A stretch of 64,000 nucleotides of DNA from Octopus vulgaris (taxonomy: Eukaryota). The stretch is from assembly GCA_951406725.2 (NCBI GenBank), contig OX597824.1, forward strand, positions 61,256,001-61,320,000, written 5' to 3'. A program made the translations under genes and the position numbers. Shown piece by piece: positions 52,428 to 64,000 of this stretch (its first letter is position 1; each line of letters starts with the position of its first letter). The notes beneath the pieces were generated by a model. That model was not told the origin of the DNA. It saw only the letters and a list, made by a program, of their open reading frames with translations, and made no database searches.

Positions 52428-55310
52428 AAGATATATATACGTACGTATATGTATGTATATACACACATATACGCAGACATATATATGTATGTATGTATAC
52501 ACACACACATAAAAGAGTAAAACATTGCACGGAAAGACGACAAACAAGAAAAAACACACAAAAGACGTGGATGCTTATCAGCTTTCGGTCAAAAATCCTC
52601 ACAATATTGCATCATTACACAAACACGCGCGCACGCACACATCTTATCTAAAGGCAATGTTCTTACATTTATCTATTACTCTATTACTTAGAGTGTTAAC
52701 TAAAATCTATACATTTATTCTATAGCATAGACTCACATTGAAGTAATTTATAAATTTATGCATTATCCATTTAAAGTAGGTGTAGATCTAAAAACAGATC
52801 CCTCCAAATATAATTAACTTTATAATTTATGGGGTGTAAAGAAAACTACATATATTTTCCCTAAAATAATTCGAGCAATCTGGATAAAGGCCACCCACAA
52901 GGAGCCAGATAGTAGGGAAGTTGGATTCAGTGAGTAGAGAAGCGGGAGATAAAAAGTAGAAGAGTGAAAAGGCGTAAAGATTCGAAAGTTAGAGAGAAGA
53001 GAGGCAGGACACAGCATTTTGTAAAACGCATCATTAAAACGCAGATGGTTATATGAGAATTTTAAAAGGAGACCTTATACGTTATATAGTCTCTTTACTG
53101 CTGAACTGAAGTTAGTAGCTGTACCAGGATTAATGTAACATAGTATCAAGAGCGAATTACTTCTATATACTGTTTATAGCTCAATCAGTATTTAGTTGTT
53201 GCTAATGTTGTTAGTTGCTATTCATACTTCATTAAACATTCGTTTATCAAAAGTATTTCGGCTGTGGTGATCCCATCTTATATTCAGGTATGATATATCA
53301 AGAAGTACGCCATCTAATGTTTTCCTTCTTTTTTTCTTTCTTAAGAAGGTAGAGTTTGAAAGAGATTTGGCTGCTATTGCTAGCAAGTCGATTAAACATG
53401 CAAAAGCTACCTCTTTAGTGCATACTAAATTTATAGATACATGTGTTCAATGAAAACAATAGAGGTACACTCTACTATTTTGAATTAATGTTGCTAATAT
53501 TGCAAATAATATTATCCTTTGCAGGATAATATTTTCCCAAACTGAAACACCATAGTTTCGGCTTCGACAAAACACAACTGCATAGGCCAAACAGTTAACT
53601 TGTCTCCTTCTAGTAAAATACGTTCACGCACAGACATCCCAACCTACATAATTATATACGTCAATATACACCACACACTCACACACACATCAGATACACA
53701 GAGGCATGCTAATCATACACGAACGACATGCACAATACACTCACAGTTTTATGTACACTACACCTAAAAGCAAACACATATCACAACGTGCATGCATACA
53801 CCACTAACAGCTATCCACACACAAACACCTACATATATGCCATAAGCTTACATACCTAGCACATTACACAAACATGCATGCACACATCTTACACATGTAT
53901 ACACATACCGATCCAATCTTTCTATGCACACACATTCACCTATACACACAGATAAATAACGAACACATTCTAGATGGCATACCTACACTTACCAGCACAT
54001 AAATACGCTTCTTACTGTTAAAGAACTATTCACTCACCTATTGTCTCTTTGATTCTCTCTTCCACCCTTTTTCGTTTGTCATTCACTTCACACCACGCAA
54101 CATTAAATCAAACCTACTTTTTTCTTTCTCTCGTCTCTGTTCTGTTTTCTTTTCTCCTTTTCTTTGAACAACGATCATTGATCGAAAAGTAGAACTCATT
54201 TTATTTCTTAATCTTCTCTTCAGTGTTAAACTAATATCATAAACTCCTTTATTTTGTGTTCTCCCTGAAGCTTATTTGTCTTAAAAAGTCCCAAGCGAGA
54301 AGCACCTGATATCATTTTCATTTTCGCCTATCCTTTCTGTTTTCATTGCAGACAGTTCATGATTATCATACATTGGTTTGTGAATAGAAAGTCACTTCCA
54401 AACACTTTCTGGAACTTAACGAAATTTTCTGTGAAATCCACTTACTCATTTTCTTACATTGTTATTTTCTTACCTTCTTTCTTTCTCAGGAATTTAAAGT
54501 TTCGGAGTGCAAATAACACTTTGTGGTTAACCTAAGACATCACCAATTAACATGATTGAATTGTGTCGTTCGTTACGTAGTTTTGTACATTATAATTTAT
54601 TGAGATTGATTTTCCTTTTGTTTGAATCTAAGAATTACCTTCATAGAGGATAGAGAATGCTTAAACAGTTCTCCGGATAATTCTTGAATGCACTTCTCTT
54701 AACTGTCCCGTTGACACGTATAATTTTACAATCTCGACTATTTATACTTATTTTAACAAGACATTTAACTTACCTCCCGTAAAAAAAATTATAATTCTCA
54801 AACAGAACGTCTATATGTCAGTATGTTTTCTTTCGCAGTCATACCAATAATAAACTTGACATGATTCAATGAAAGCTTATCTATAGTGTTCTATAACATG
54901 AAGAGAAAACCAAGAACAGCTTAAGTACATGGATCTATTTAAATGATGTATGTACGTACGTATGTATGTATGTATGTATGTATGTATGTATGTATGTATG
55001 TATGTATGTATGTATGTATGTATGTATGTATGTATGTATGTATGTATGACTGTCTATCTCTCCATATATTAATGCTTGTGTTTATGTTCAGTTATAATAA
55101 AAGCAATTTTCCATTAATATGATGGGTTACTCTATACTTTTGTAGAGAACAAATTTATTATTCTTATACAAGAATGTTGTTGACAGTAACTTCGAAGCTT
55201 CGGCCGGCTAATTCCGACGGTAGTTTAGTTGGCCGAAACTTTGACATCACTGTCAACAACACTTTTCTATCAGAATATCTCTATAAAGATCTATAATGCC
55301 TAAGCGAAAT

Positions 55311-55381
<71 letters not shown>

Positions 55382-55894
55382 TGTGTCTGTGTGTGATGGC
55401 TGCGACTCAATTTCAGGAAATGCTATCACTTGGGTGTTAGCTTAGACGTTCACTGTTCTGGCTAGGAACGTAAACACTTGTGCATAGATGTGACAGCGAT
55501 AACTACGCCTTGCTGTTATTGTTAGAATATTGTCTTAGTGAACCTCTGTATGACGTTTCAGTTTGCCTCCTGACACACTTTCTTTTCCTTGCTCGTTGTC
55601 AAGTTAACAACTTTCTAAAGTGTGTGGCTTCTCTAAAGATGTCTAATGCCTGCCTTAAGTAAACAAACACGATTACACACGTTATCTTGTATATTAAACT
55701 GGGTATTGCGCCAACGTAATCAGGCAAATTAACGGCAAGACACCAGAATAAACTAGATGCCAGGTGCAACCACTATAAGCATGCAACAGCCATTTTGTTT
55801 TACTTTTTACCGAGGACTTGATTTTTATTCTCAGCATTAGATTTTCACTCACATACCTCTACCATATCTATGCTGAAATATTTTTCTGCTTCCA

Positions 55895-56125
55895 AGGAGG
55901 CGAGCTTGCAGACACGATAGCACACCGGGCGAAATGCCTAGCAGTATTTCGTCTGCCGTTACGTTCTGAGTCCAAATTCCGCCGAGGTCGACTTTGCCTT
56001 TCATCCTTTCGGGGTCGATTAAATAAGTACCAGTTACGCACTGGGGTCGACATAATCGACTTAATCCGTTTATCTGTCCTTGTTTGTCCTCTCCGTGTTT
56101 AGCCCCTTGTGGGTAGTAAAGAAAA
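55895..56125 (+). mobile_element. SINE family B full-length copy
   Basis: aaggaggcgagcttgcaga..gagtccaaattcc..GCCTTTCATCCTTTCGGGGTCGATTAAATAAGTACCAG (resembles, from memory, the Meta/MESC SINE central domain). Confidence 0.88.
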
Positions 56126-56205
56126 TTATCTACCATCTCTATATTTCAAAACCTCTTTTTTCCTATGCCCAGTCCATATTGCCTCACCAAAGTACCTTCT
56201 TTTAG

Positions 56206-56236
<31 letters not shown>

Positions 56237-56300
56237 CATACATACATACATACATACATACATACATACATACATACATGCATGCATGCATACATACATA

Positions 56301-57191
56301 CGAACGGGTACCCAAAAGAAACCGGAATTTTGCAATATTATTTTATTCACTTAGTTTTAAATGTTTACACTTTTATCTCTTCGTCTGAAACAATGCATCG
56401 GTCAAGGCGTGTTTTCCATTATTCGAAGCAGTGCTGGAACTCTTGCGAAGTGATACATTTTAACGTCGCCATCGTTTTTATCTTCACCTCTTCCACATCT
56501 ACAAATTCCGTACCACCAGCTTTCATCACCACTGATTATCTTCGAAAAGGGGTTCGGATCAAATTCCAACTGTTCTTTCACTTCACGACACGCATTCAGT
56601 TGTAACTGCTTTTGATCTTCGCTGAGCAAGCAAGGCATTAATTTTGCTGCAACTCTTTTCATTTGCAATTCCACGCTCAAAATTCGTTGGCAGGAGCTCC
56701 AGGACACACCAGTCATATCAACAAGTTTGTCAATTGTTCGGTGACCGTCCTCTAAGATCAGTTCATGAATTTTTATTATGCTTTCATTCATTTGGGAGAT
56801 CGACGATCGTTCTGAACGAGGTTGGTCTTCAAGCAAAGAGTGACCATTCCTAAAGTGTGGAAACCACAAGTAAACTTGTGTTTTGCTCATGGCAGCATCC
56901 TTGTAAGCTGTTTGAAGAGTGATAGCTGTTTCGGCCGCCGTTTTGCCCGACAGAAAACAATTTCACAGAAGCATGCTGTTCCTTCGTTTCAGCCATCGCA
57001 AAAATCGATGAACGGGAGAGAAGCTCTGCAAAACAAAGACAAACCACGTGCATGTACGACATAACATGACGATGCCGGTCGGCAGACTGATGCCCGAGGG
57101 TCACATCAAGTGGTTTCTTGCGGGGAAAGCCTGAACTACCACGGGTTTGTCCCACAGACAACGTTTTCGACTACTTTTTAATTCTCCCTCG
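56301..57191 (-). mobile_element. mariner element with both TIRs, internally deleted
   Basis: TA-CGAACGGG.. / ..CCCTCG-TA; MSKTQVYLWF..LEDQPRSER..KRVAAKLMP..ISGDESW then jumps to C-terminus. Confidence 0.9.
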
Positions 57192-57544
57192 TACATACAT
57201 ACATCATATAAATAGATTCATGTATGTAAACTGTTGGTTTTCTCTTCGTATGTCATTTTAGAATACCATAGACAATCAACGAGAACTGTTTGATCAGACA
57301 ATGTCATAAAGTCAGGACGATGTATCATGATTTGTAAATATAACCACATTGTTTAAATCAGCTGCATCTTCCACCATTACAAAAATCTGGGTGTCGTTTT
57401 TTTATTTTCGTTTATGCACCCGTCTTACTCTCTTTGTGGAAAATAGTTGCAAATCCTTGCGCTGATATTGCCTTATTGTTGCATACATACATACATACAT
57501 ACATACATACATACATACATACATACACATACACATATAATGCA

Positions 57545-57802
57545 TGGTGTCATTGTGAAGGGTAGGAGAGTCCAGTTTGCTGGACATTGTTGTAGAGCTG
57601 AAAAAGAAGTAATTTCTACTCTTCTCCTCTGGAAGCCATCTACTCGCAACACCAGAGGGCGCACACTCTCCTACCCTGATGTAATCTCCAGGGATACAGG
57701 CATCCAGCAACAGGACCTCCGTAATGCTATGATGGACCGTGAAGTCTGGCGCAACATGGTAAATTCCATTGTCTCGACCACGGTCGAACAATGATGATGA
57801 TG
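57545..57802 (+). mobile_element. RTE-clade LINE 3' fragment
   Basis: RRVQFAGHCCRA..LLLWKP..RGRTLSYPDVISRDTG..AMMDREVWR; (TGA)n tail. Confidence 0.85.
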
Positions 57803-57857
57803 GTGTCATTTGTAACGTGACAACACGAAATCAGTCCTCCCCTCGTGATAACACACA

Positions 57858-57932
<75 letters not shown>

Positions 57933-59489
57933 CCATACATTAAAATACGACTGCGTTCCAGTCTTATCTTTTCAAAGTTATTTTCCTTGTTTCCTACGGG
58001 TTCCTTGTAGATTGTTTTAAACGTTTCAAGGCATTTGCAGTCTCACCTTATGGATGAAATGACTTGTGTAGGTGTTTGTTGGTGTAATCAGATTGCGTTT
58101 GACATCCCATCAGTGAGATTTGAATTTTTGATCATTTTCGTTGGACTTCATCGGTCACAAAGTGTTCGCTGCACTTGTAATCTCTTTTTTTTATAACTTG
58201 AATTGTATATATTTACTGTTGAAAATTCATAATCTATGTCTGGCACAGTAAACCATTTTACTGAGCCTAACATTATATAGACATTAAAATGACCTTTGGA
58301 GAAGATTTGGCCGCGATTTCTATCAAGACAAGCAAATGCGTAGACCAAAAGTTCTTAATCTAGAAGTCGAGCATATCTTGGGGAGCGAGATACCATAAAA
58401 AAGTTGAAGCAAAAAGGAAAAGTACTCACTCTACTAAAATTGGTTTTCAGAATAGCATTATTAACTAACTATTATAAACAATTTAGTACACCAAGAAGTC
58501 TATTTATCCATTCTACTGCGAGTGGTTCAATAAAAAGTAAAAATGAATTAGTTATTCGGAAAATGATCTTTTCATCTTCAAAAGCGATGTCACATTTGTA
58601 GAAGGTGCGAAAATTAATCAAATATTTCCTAGGATTATGGATTATAAAAACTGCTGTGAATTACTGGTATAAAGTCTCCTGTATTGGCTCATTGTAAAAC
58701 GTTAACATTAAACCTAGGAACATGGAATGTGTCTCGATCCCATCATCTCAACTTAATACTCGAACAAACCAAACATTCTAACACTCTAATGCTAAACCAG
58801 CTCTACAAGCAAGTACGTGTCTGGCTTGATTGCATCAACACAACTTACAAGAGAAAACACTTTAACAATGATAATTCCGCCAGTCTGCAAGCAGTGCTAC
58901 CAAGGTATAATTTATATGTTACATATAACGCAATCATGGTGCCGTCCATAATTTCATTATCTAAACACACTAGACAATGAAATGAAAAATTGAATCTAAC
59001 CAAAATATAACTGAATAATGGTTTCTCCGATGTAACACTAGCTGTCGTAGCAGTCGTAGAGAAATGTTAACTTATTTGAATGCAGTTAAATAGATGAGAT
59101 GGACTCTATTGAATAATCAAAAATCGTTAAATGAAATTGTAAGTACTTTATTTAATACTAGCTAATTTCCAGCCACTAAGCTGAACAGCATACTCCCACT
59201 ATTTTTTAGGCACGCCCGCGCACAAATATGTTGGTATATGTATGTATGCATGCCTATTTATTATCTTTCTAATATGAATTGTCTCTTTGAAGAGAGGCGG
59301 ATCTATTTGCGATAGTCAATAGTAATATATGCATACATACATACATACACACACGTACATACACACATACATACATACGTACATGAAAACATACATGCGC
59401 ACATACAAACTTATTTAAATACATACATTCATACGTACATACATGCATAAATACATACATACATGCATAAATACATACATGCATACATA

Positions 59490-59800
59490 TAGTGAAACTT
59501 AAGAATTGAAACAGCCACCAAGTTAAATCAAAACTGGCCAGATATTGTGTGCGACATCAAAGGGAAAAATATATTCTAACCACCAACGTGGTTAGAAAAA
59601 TAAAAGAAAAATGGAACATCTATGGAACATTGCTAAGTAGTTTGCAAATCCAGTACCGAAGATATACTTTCAGCTTCATACCTATTATCATTGAAGCAAC
59701 AGAATACATATTAACACATCTGAACGTGGGATCTTGGGGTGAGAATGAAAATCTCTAATTCATACGCTACAAATGAATACATCTGGGACTATAAAAATGT
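59490..59800 (+). mobile_element. RLE LINE 3' remnant (R4-like)
   Basis: RIETATKLNQNWPDIV..KIKEKWNIYGTLL..YTFSFIPIIIEATEYI. Confidence 0.6.
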
Positions 59801-59879
59801 GTGTGCGTGTGCATGCGCTTGAGTGCGCATACAAAAATCCTGTATTTTTTAAACGATATTTATCTCTCACTGGATGGAA

Positions 59880-60104
59880 TATTCTTTTCGTTGATACTAC
59901 CAATAACTGAAACCGTCAATCTCTACACATTTTTTCTCTTCCCTTTGTTTTTTCGTTCTCTTTCTATTTTTTACCCTCTTAAACCTTTCTGCCGAAGACT
60001 GTAGGCTAGAGACATCAAAAATTTTTCCATTCTTCCTGAGCGTCAAACTAATACACCTGCTTGTTGTTTCCCTTAACTGTCTTCATCTTTTGTTTTCTGT
60101 AAAC

Positions 60105-60105
<1 letters not shown>
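59880..60105 (+). mobile_element. short pLTR-like element, same family as 32915-33110, hammerhead core decayed
   Basis: ctgccgaagactgtaggctagagac..ttcctgagcgtcaaactaatacacctgcttgttgttt. Confidence 0.5.
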
Positions 60106-60168
<63 letters not shown>

Positions 60169-60191
60169 CATCTATTATATATCTATCATAA

Positions 60192-60255
<64 letters not shown>

Positions 60256-60779
60256 AGTGCAAAATAGTTGAAAGTCCATGCCATATGTCAACGGATCAAA
60301 AAATCTAAGCTATGCGAGCTGAAAGATCACAGATCCTTTTCAGATTTAAGGACTCCACCATACTGCTTAATTCCAGAGCTGAAAGTTTTAGCGGATGTAA
60401 ATATATGGATAAGTTCCTGTTGGCGAATTGTAAAGTCCTACCCTCTCCCGATGGAGCAATTGTACTGATGACTCTAGGTCCCTATCCACTATTCTTTATC
60501 ATGACTTTACGGTCAAAGGGATCTAATTCTAATTTTCACTTAATCCTTTTCTTTTTCCTTTTTCTTTAGTTTTATGTATATATATATATATATACATACG
60601 TATAAGTATGAACAGTAATTTATACCTAAAAATTGTATTTGGCATACATGTATAACTTTTTTGTGTACGTTGAAATTCCATAATTGAATAAAATAAATCA
60701 GTCACTTAGAAAATGAACGACAAAGCAATTGCCAAGATATGAATACTTTCTTCATAAGAGTCATGTCGGACCTCTCATG

Positions 60780-62262
60780 ACTCAGGTTTGAATACGAATG
60801 GGTGTCTAGGAGTCAAGTAATTAAGTGACAATTAGTAATACAATTAAAATGAATTGGTGTTTTATTCCTTCATAGTTCAGGTCTGTATTTTTGGAGGAAA
60901 TATGTCTCTTTATTGAGTCGGGTTTGTGTATAAGTTCATTCAGCAAATTTGTATAGAGGGAAAATAGTGAATTTAGGTTGTATTTGTTTCGTACATACGT
61001 CGAAATATTCACTGAGATAAATTTGGCGGTATCGTGGTGAGGCTATCTCTTGAAGATGCGCCGCACAACGTTGAGAGATAGAATTCTCTGTGCTACCGAT
61101 ATAGTCTTTCTGGCAACCCGAGCATCTAATTACGTAGATCAGATTTTCTGATGCACAAGTGAAATTTGATTTAATTTTAAAGTGTTGCCCTTGTTCAAAA
61201 TAGTATTCTGACCCTTCCAAAAGGTTGGGGCATGTACCACAGTTGGGGCGATTACATTTTTTTTTACTTTGGGTCTTGTTGTAGAGGGGAATAATTTTGC
61301 ATTAGTTAGTAGTTTCTTTAATGACTTAGTTTGTTTGTTGTTTTTGACATTTTAATGTCATGTAAAATTCTTTTTAGTTTTGGGTCCTTGTGTAGTATTG
61401 GTAGGTTTTGTATGATTGTGCTGAATGCTTCTTTGTTTCAGGGGTTGTATGTAGAAATGTAGGGTAGTGTTTCAAAGGAGAGGTTTGTTAATGTCTTTGG
61501 TTTTTCTTAATGTGTCGGTGTTGATAGATTTGGCACGTTTTATTCCTTCATTAATGAGTTGGATTGGGTAGTGTCTATCCAGGAGGATATTTTTCAGTTC
61601 TAGTAGACTCAAATATCTAGTATCTTTTCTCTGAGACAATAGTGCAGATTCTTTTTGCAAGGTTGAAGGGGATGTTTGTTTTTGTGTGTCTAGGATGGCA
61701 AGAGCTGAAGAGAAGGTTTTGTTTTGCATCTGTTGTTTTATAAAATATGTCTGTTTCGATTTTGTTGTTTGTTTTCTTAAATAGAATGTCTAGAAATGGA
61801 AGTGCTTCCTAGTTGTATTCCATTGTGAATTGAATGCTTGTGTGGATGTTGTTCAGAAGTGTTTTAAATTCTAGGATTTTGTGAAGTTGTTATTCCAGAG
61901 CATGAAACAGTCATCCAGGTATCTCTTCCAATTCTCTTTAATGTATTGGCCGAGAGGGTCTCCAAATTTTCGCAATGAATTCTGATATATTTTTTTCTTT
62001 AAGAATCCCATTGTTAGGTTGGCAATGTTAGGTGCTGGTCTCGTGCCCATCGCAATTCCCGATATTTGGCGGTAGCAGTTGGTGTCAAAAATGAAATGAT
62101 TATTCTGGAGAATGAATTTAATTGATTCAATGATGAAGGTTTTGTTTATTCGTTATGGATGTAGTTCTAGCCAGAATCGAATCGCTTCCATTCCATAATC
62201 ATGTGGAATGGAATGTTGGAGTATAGGTTTATAACATCGAAGGAGACCATGAGGGATTGTTC
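60780..62262 (-). mobile_element. Penelope-like element (Neptune-type), RT + Zn-linker + GIY-YIG, decayed
   Basis: GIAMGTRPAPNIANL, YLDDCFML, LPFLDIL, CNRPNCGTC linker, FTCASENLIYVIRCSGCQKDYIGST. Confidence 0.92.
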
Positions 62263-62269
62263 TCTTCAC

Positions 62270-62479
62270 TATATATATATATACATACATACATACATAT
62301 ATACATACATACATACAAACATACATACATACATATATACATACATACATACATACATACATACATGTATATGTATGTATATATATGTATCCAGCATGGC
62401 CGCATTCAGATGACTGAAACAAGTGCAAGAATAAAAGAATCTATCTATCTATCTATCTCTCTATCTATCTATCTATCTC

Positions 62480-62560
<81 letters not shown>

Positions 62561-62615
62561 ATCTATCTATCTATCTATCTATCTATCTAGATACGTATAT
62601 ATATATGTATGCATA

Positions 62616-62666
<51 letters not shown>

Positions 62667-62700
62667 ATGTGTGTGTGTATATGTGTGTTTGTGTGCGTGT
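62270..62700. repeat. (TACA)n, (TCTA)n and (TA)n arrays with a SINE A tail fragment at 62388-62440
   Basis: Direct sequence; tccagcatggccgcattcagatgactgaaacaag. Confidence 0.9.
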
Positions 62701-64000
62701 ATAATTTTAAATATAAGAGCCCTTAATAGCCCTACGTATAAACATACTTAAAATCTATGCATGTACTACACATATGCTTGCGCGCGTGTACGTTCATGTA
62801 AGTATCGGAATTACATGATGGTTTCTTCGCGATTTTACCTCTCGATATTTGTGAAGCCCTATGTATTGTCACTGTGGTTTTTCGGTGAAAGAAAATTGGT
62901 AAAATAATTCAGATAATCTTTGATGAAAGCTAAAAGGCGACGGAGACTGTTTTCCTCTTTTTGTATCCTGGTGTGACGAAATATTTTGTTTTAGTATCTG
63001 GTACCATTAATAGCCTAAAAATTTTTTATGGAAACAAGACTGCTGTGTTGGCAGTTTGCGTTGATCTGCTGTGCGATATTCTTGGATAAATCAAGATCAA
63101 AAGACATATTTTCTCCGGCGATTAATTATTTCTGTTTCTACGTGGTATCGAGTTAGCTTCTTTAACATAAACTGGGAGAGAGCAAACCATGTTACGTTTT
63201 AACCTAATATCAAGGAGTGATCAATAATATCCTCATGGCTTGTTAAAAAAACAGCAAAAACGGTATCACCATGAATTAAGAAAAATGTAACCAGAGATAC
63301 AATTCAGTGATCAGAACTGTGCTATGCTTTTAATAAAAAGGGAGAATAAATTAATATTTGAAGGTCTGAAAATATTTTTGCTTGTATAAAAATAGTATAA
63401 TCACCAAAGAGAAGAGGAAAAATATGAATTTTTATAAATGTGGATGGGGACGGGAAGGAGAATATAAAAGTGTCCTTAAGGATTTCGAGAAGCAAAGTAT
63501 AGCGAAACATATATTATCAAATTAATGGCTAAATACTCGGGCCATACTAATGTCAAAACACACTACAGAATTTTACCGTCATGGAAGAAAGATTAACTAA
63601 CACATTAGAAAACTACTAAGAAATCACTGAGCCAATTAGGGGAGCATCAGCGTGATCGTTCGAAATGGCAGAAGTAATATACATGTTTCCTTGAAACGAC
63701 TAGCGTTTTTAAATAGGATTCGTTGTTTTAAATGCACTATGCCTGAAATAAAGAAATTGATGGTTTGTATCGAGGATGTCCATTGACTATGCCTGAAATA
63801 AAAATCGTGATGGTACACCTGGAATGTTTCGAAGCTGTCATTGAACTAAACAGAACAAGAACAAGAACAACAACAAGAACAACAATGACAACAACAAGGA
63901 CAACGACGACGACGACAACAACAACAACAACAACGACGACGACGACGACAACAAGAACAACAACTAACAATTCAAAACAGATTGAAGTAGGATAGAGGGA

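Noticed and set aside
60465-60530. CTGATGA near Penelope 3' end
   Set aside because: No downstream GAAA or stem II
63737-63802. actatgcctgaaataaa repeated ~50 bp apart
   Set aside because: Only two copies; a minor local duplication without further structure

Overview
AT-rich, repeat-saturated eukaryotic DNA, intronic or intergenic. The SINE families and very high microsatellite density suggest a coleoid cephalopod (Octopus-like); this is inference, not a database result. No intact host gene, rRNA, genuine tRNA or CRISPR array is supportable, and nearly all ORF-track entries are microsatellite artefacts or TE fragments. Retroelement content: a near full-length decayed CR1/L2-type LINE (36.2-39.8 kb); a cluster of R4/Dong-type RLE LINE pieces, several sitting in (TAA)n arrays (21.4-28.8 kb); Penelope-like remnants; RTE and Tx1/L1-like remnants; and at least three tRNA-derived SINE families. 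DNA-element content: three mariner remnants, an internally deleted Helitron and several MITEs. Most notable: (1) three copies of a ~0.55 kb non-coding element stacked in one (TAA)n array with the same polarity as the adjacent R4/Dong LINE, a candidate non-autonomous microsatellite-targeting retroelement; (2) several minimal hammerhead-ribozyme motifs in short elements beside (TA)n tracts; (3) a SINE-LINE shared 3' tail; (4) a chimeric SINE with a locally templated 5' end; (5) long near-perfect inverted repeats. All calls are by eye, and the boundaries of decayed elements are approximate.
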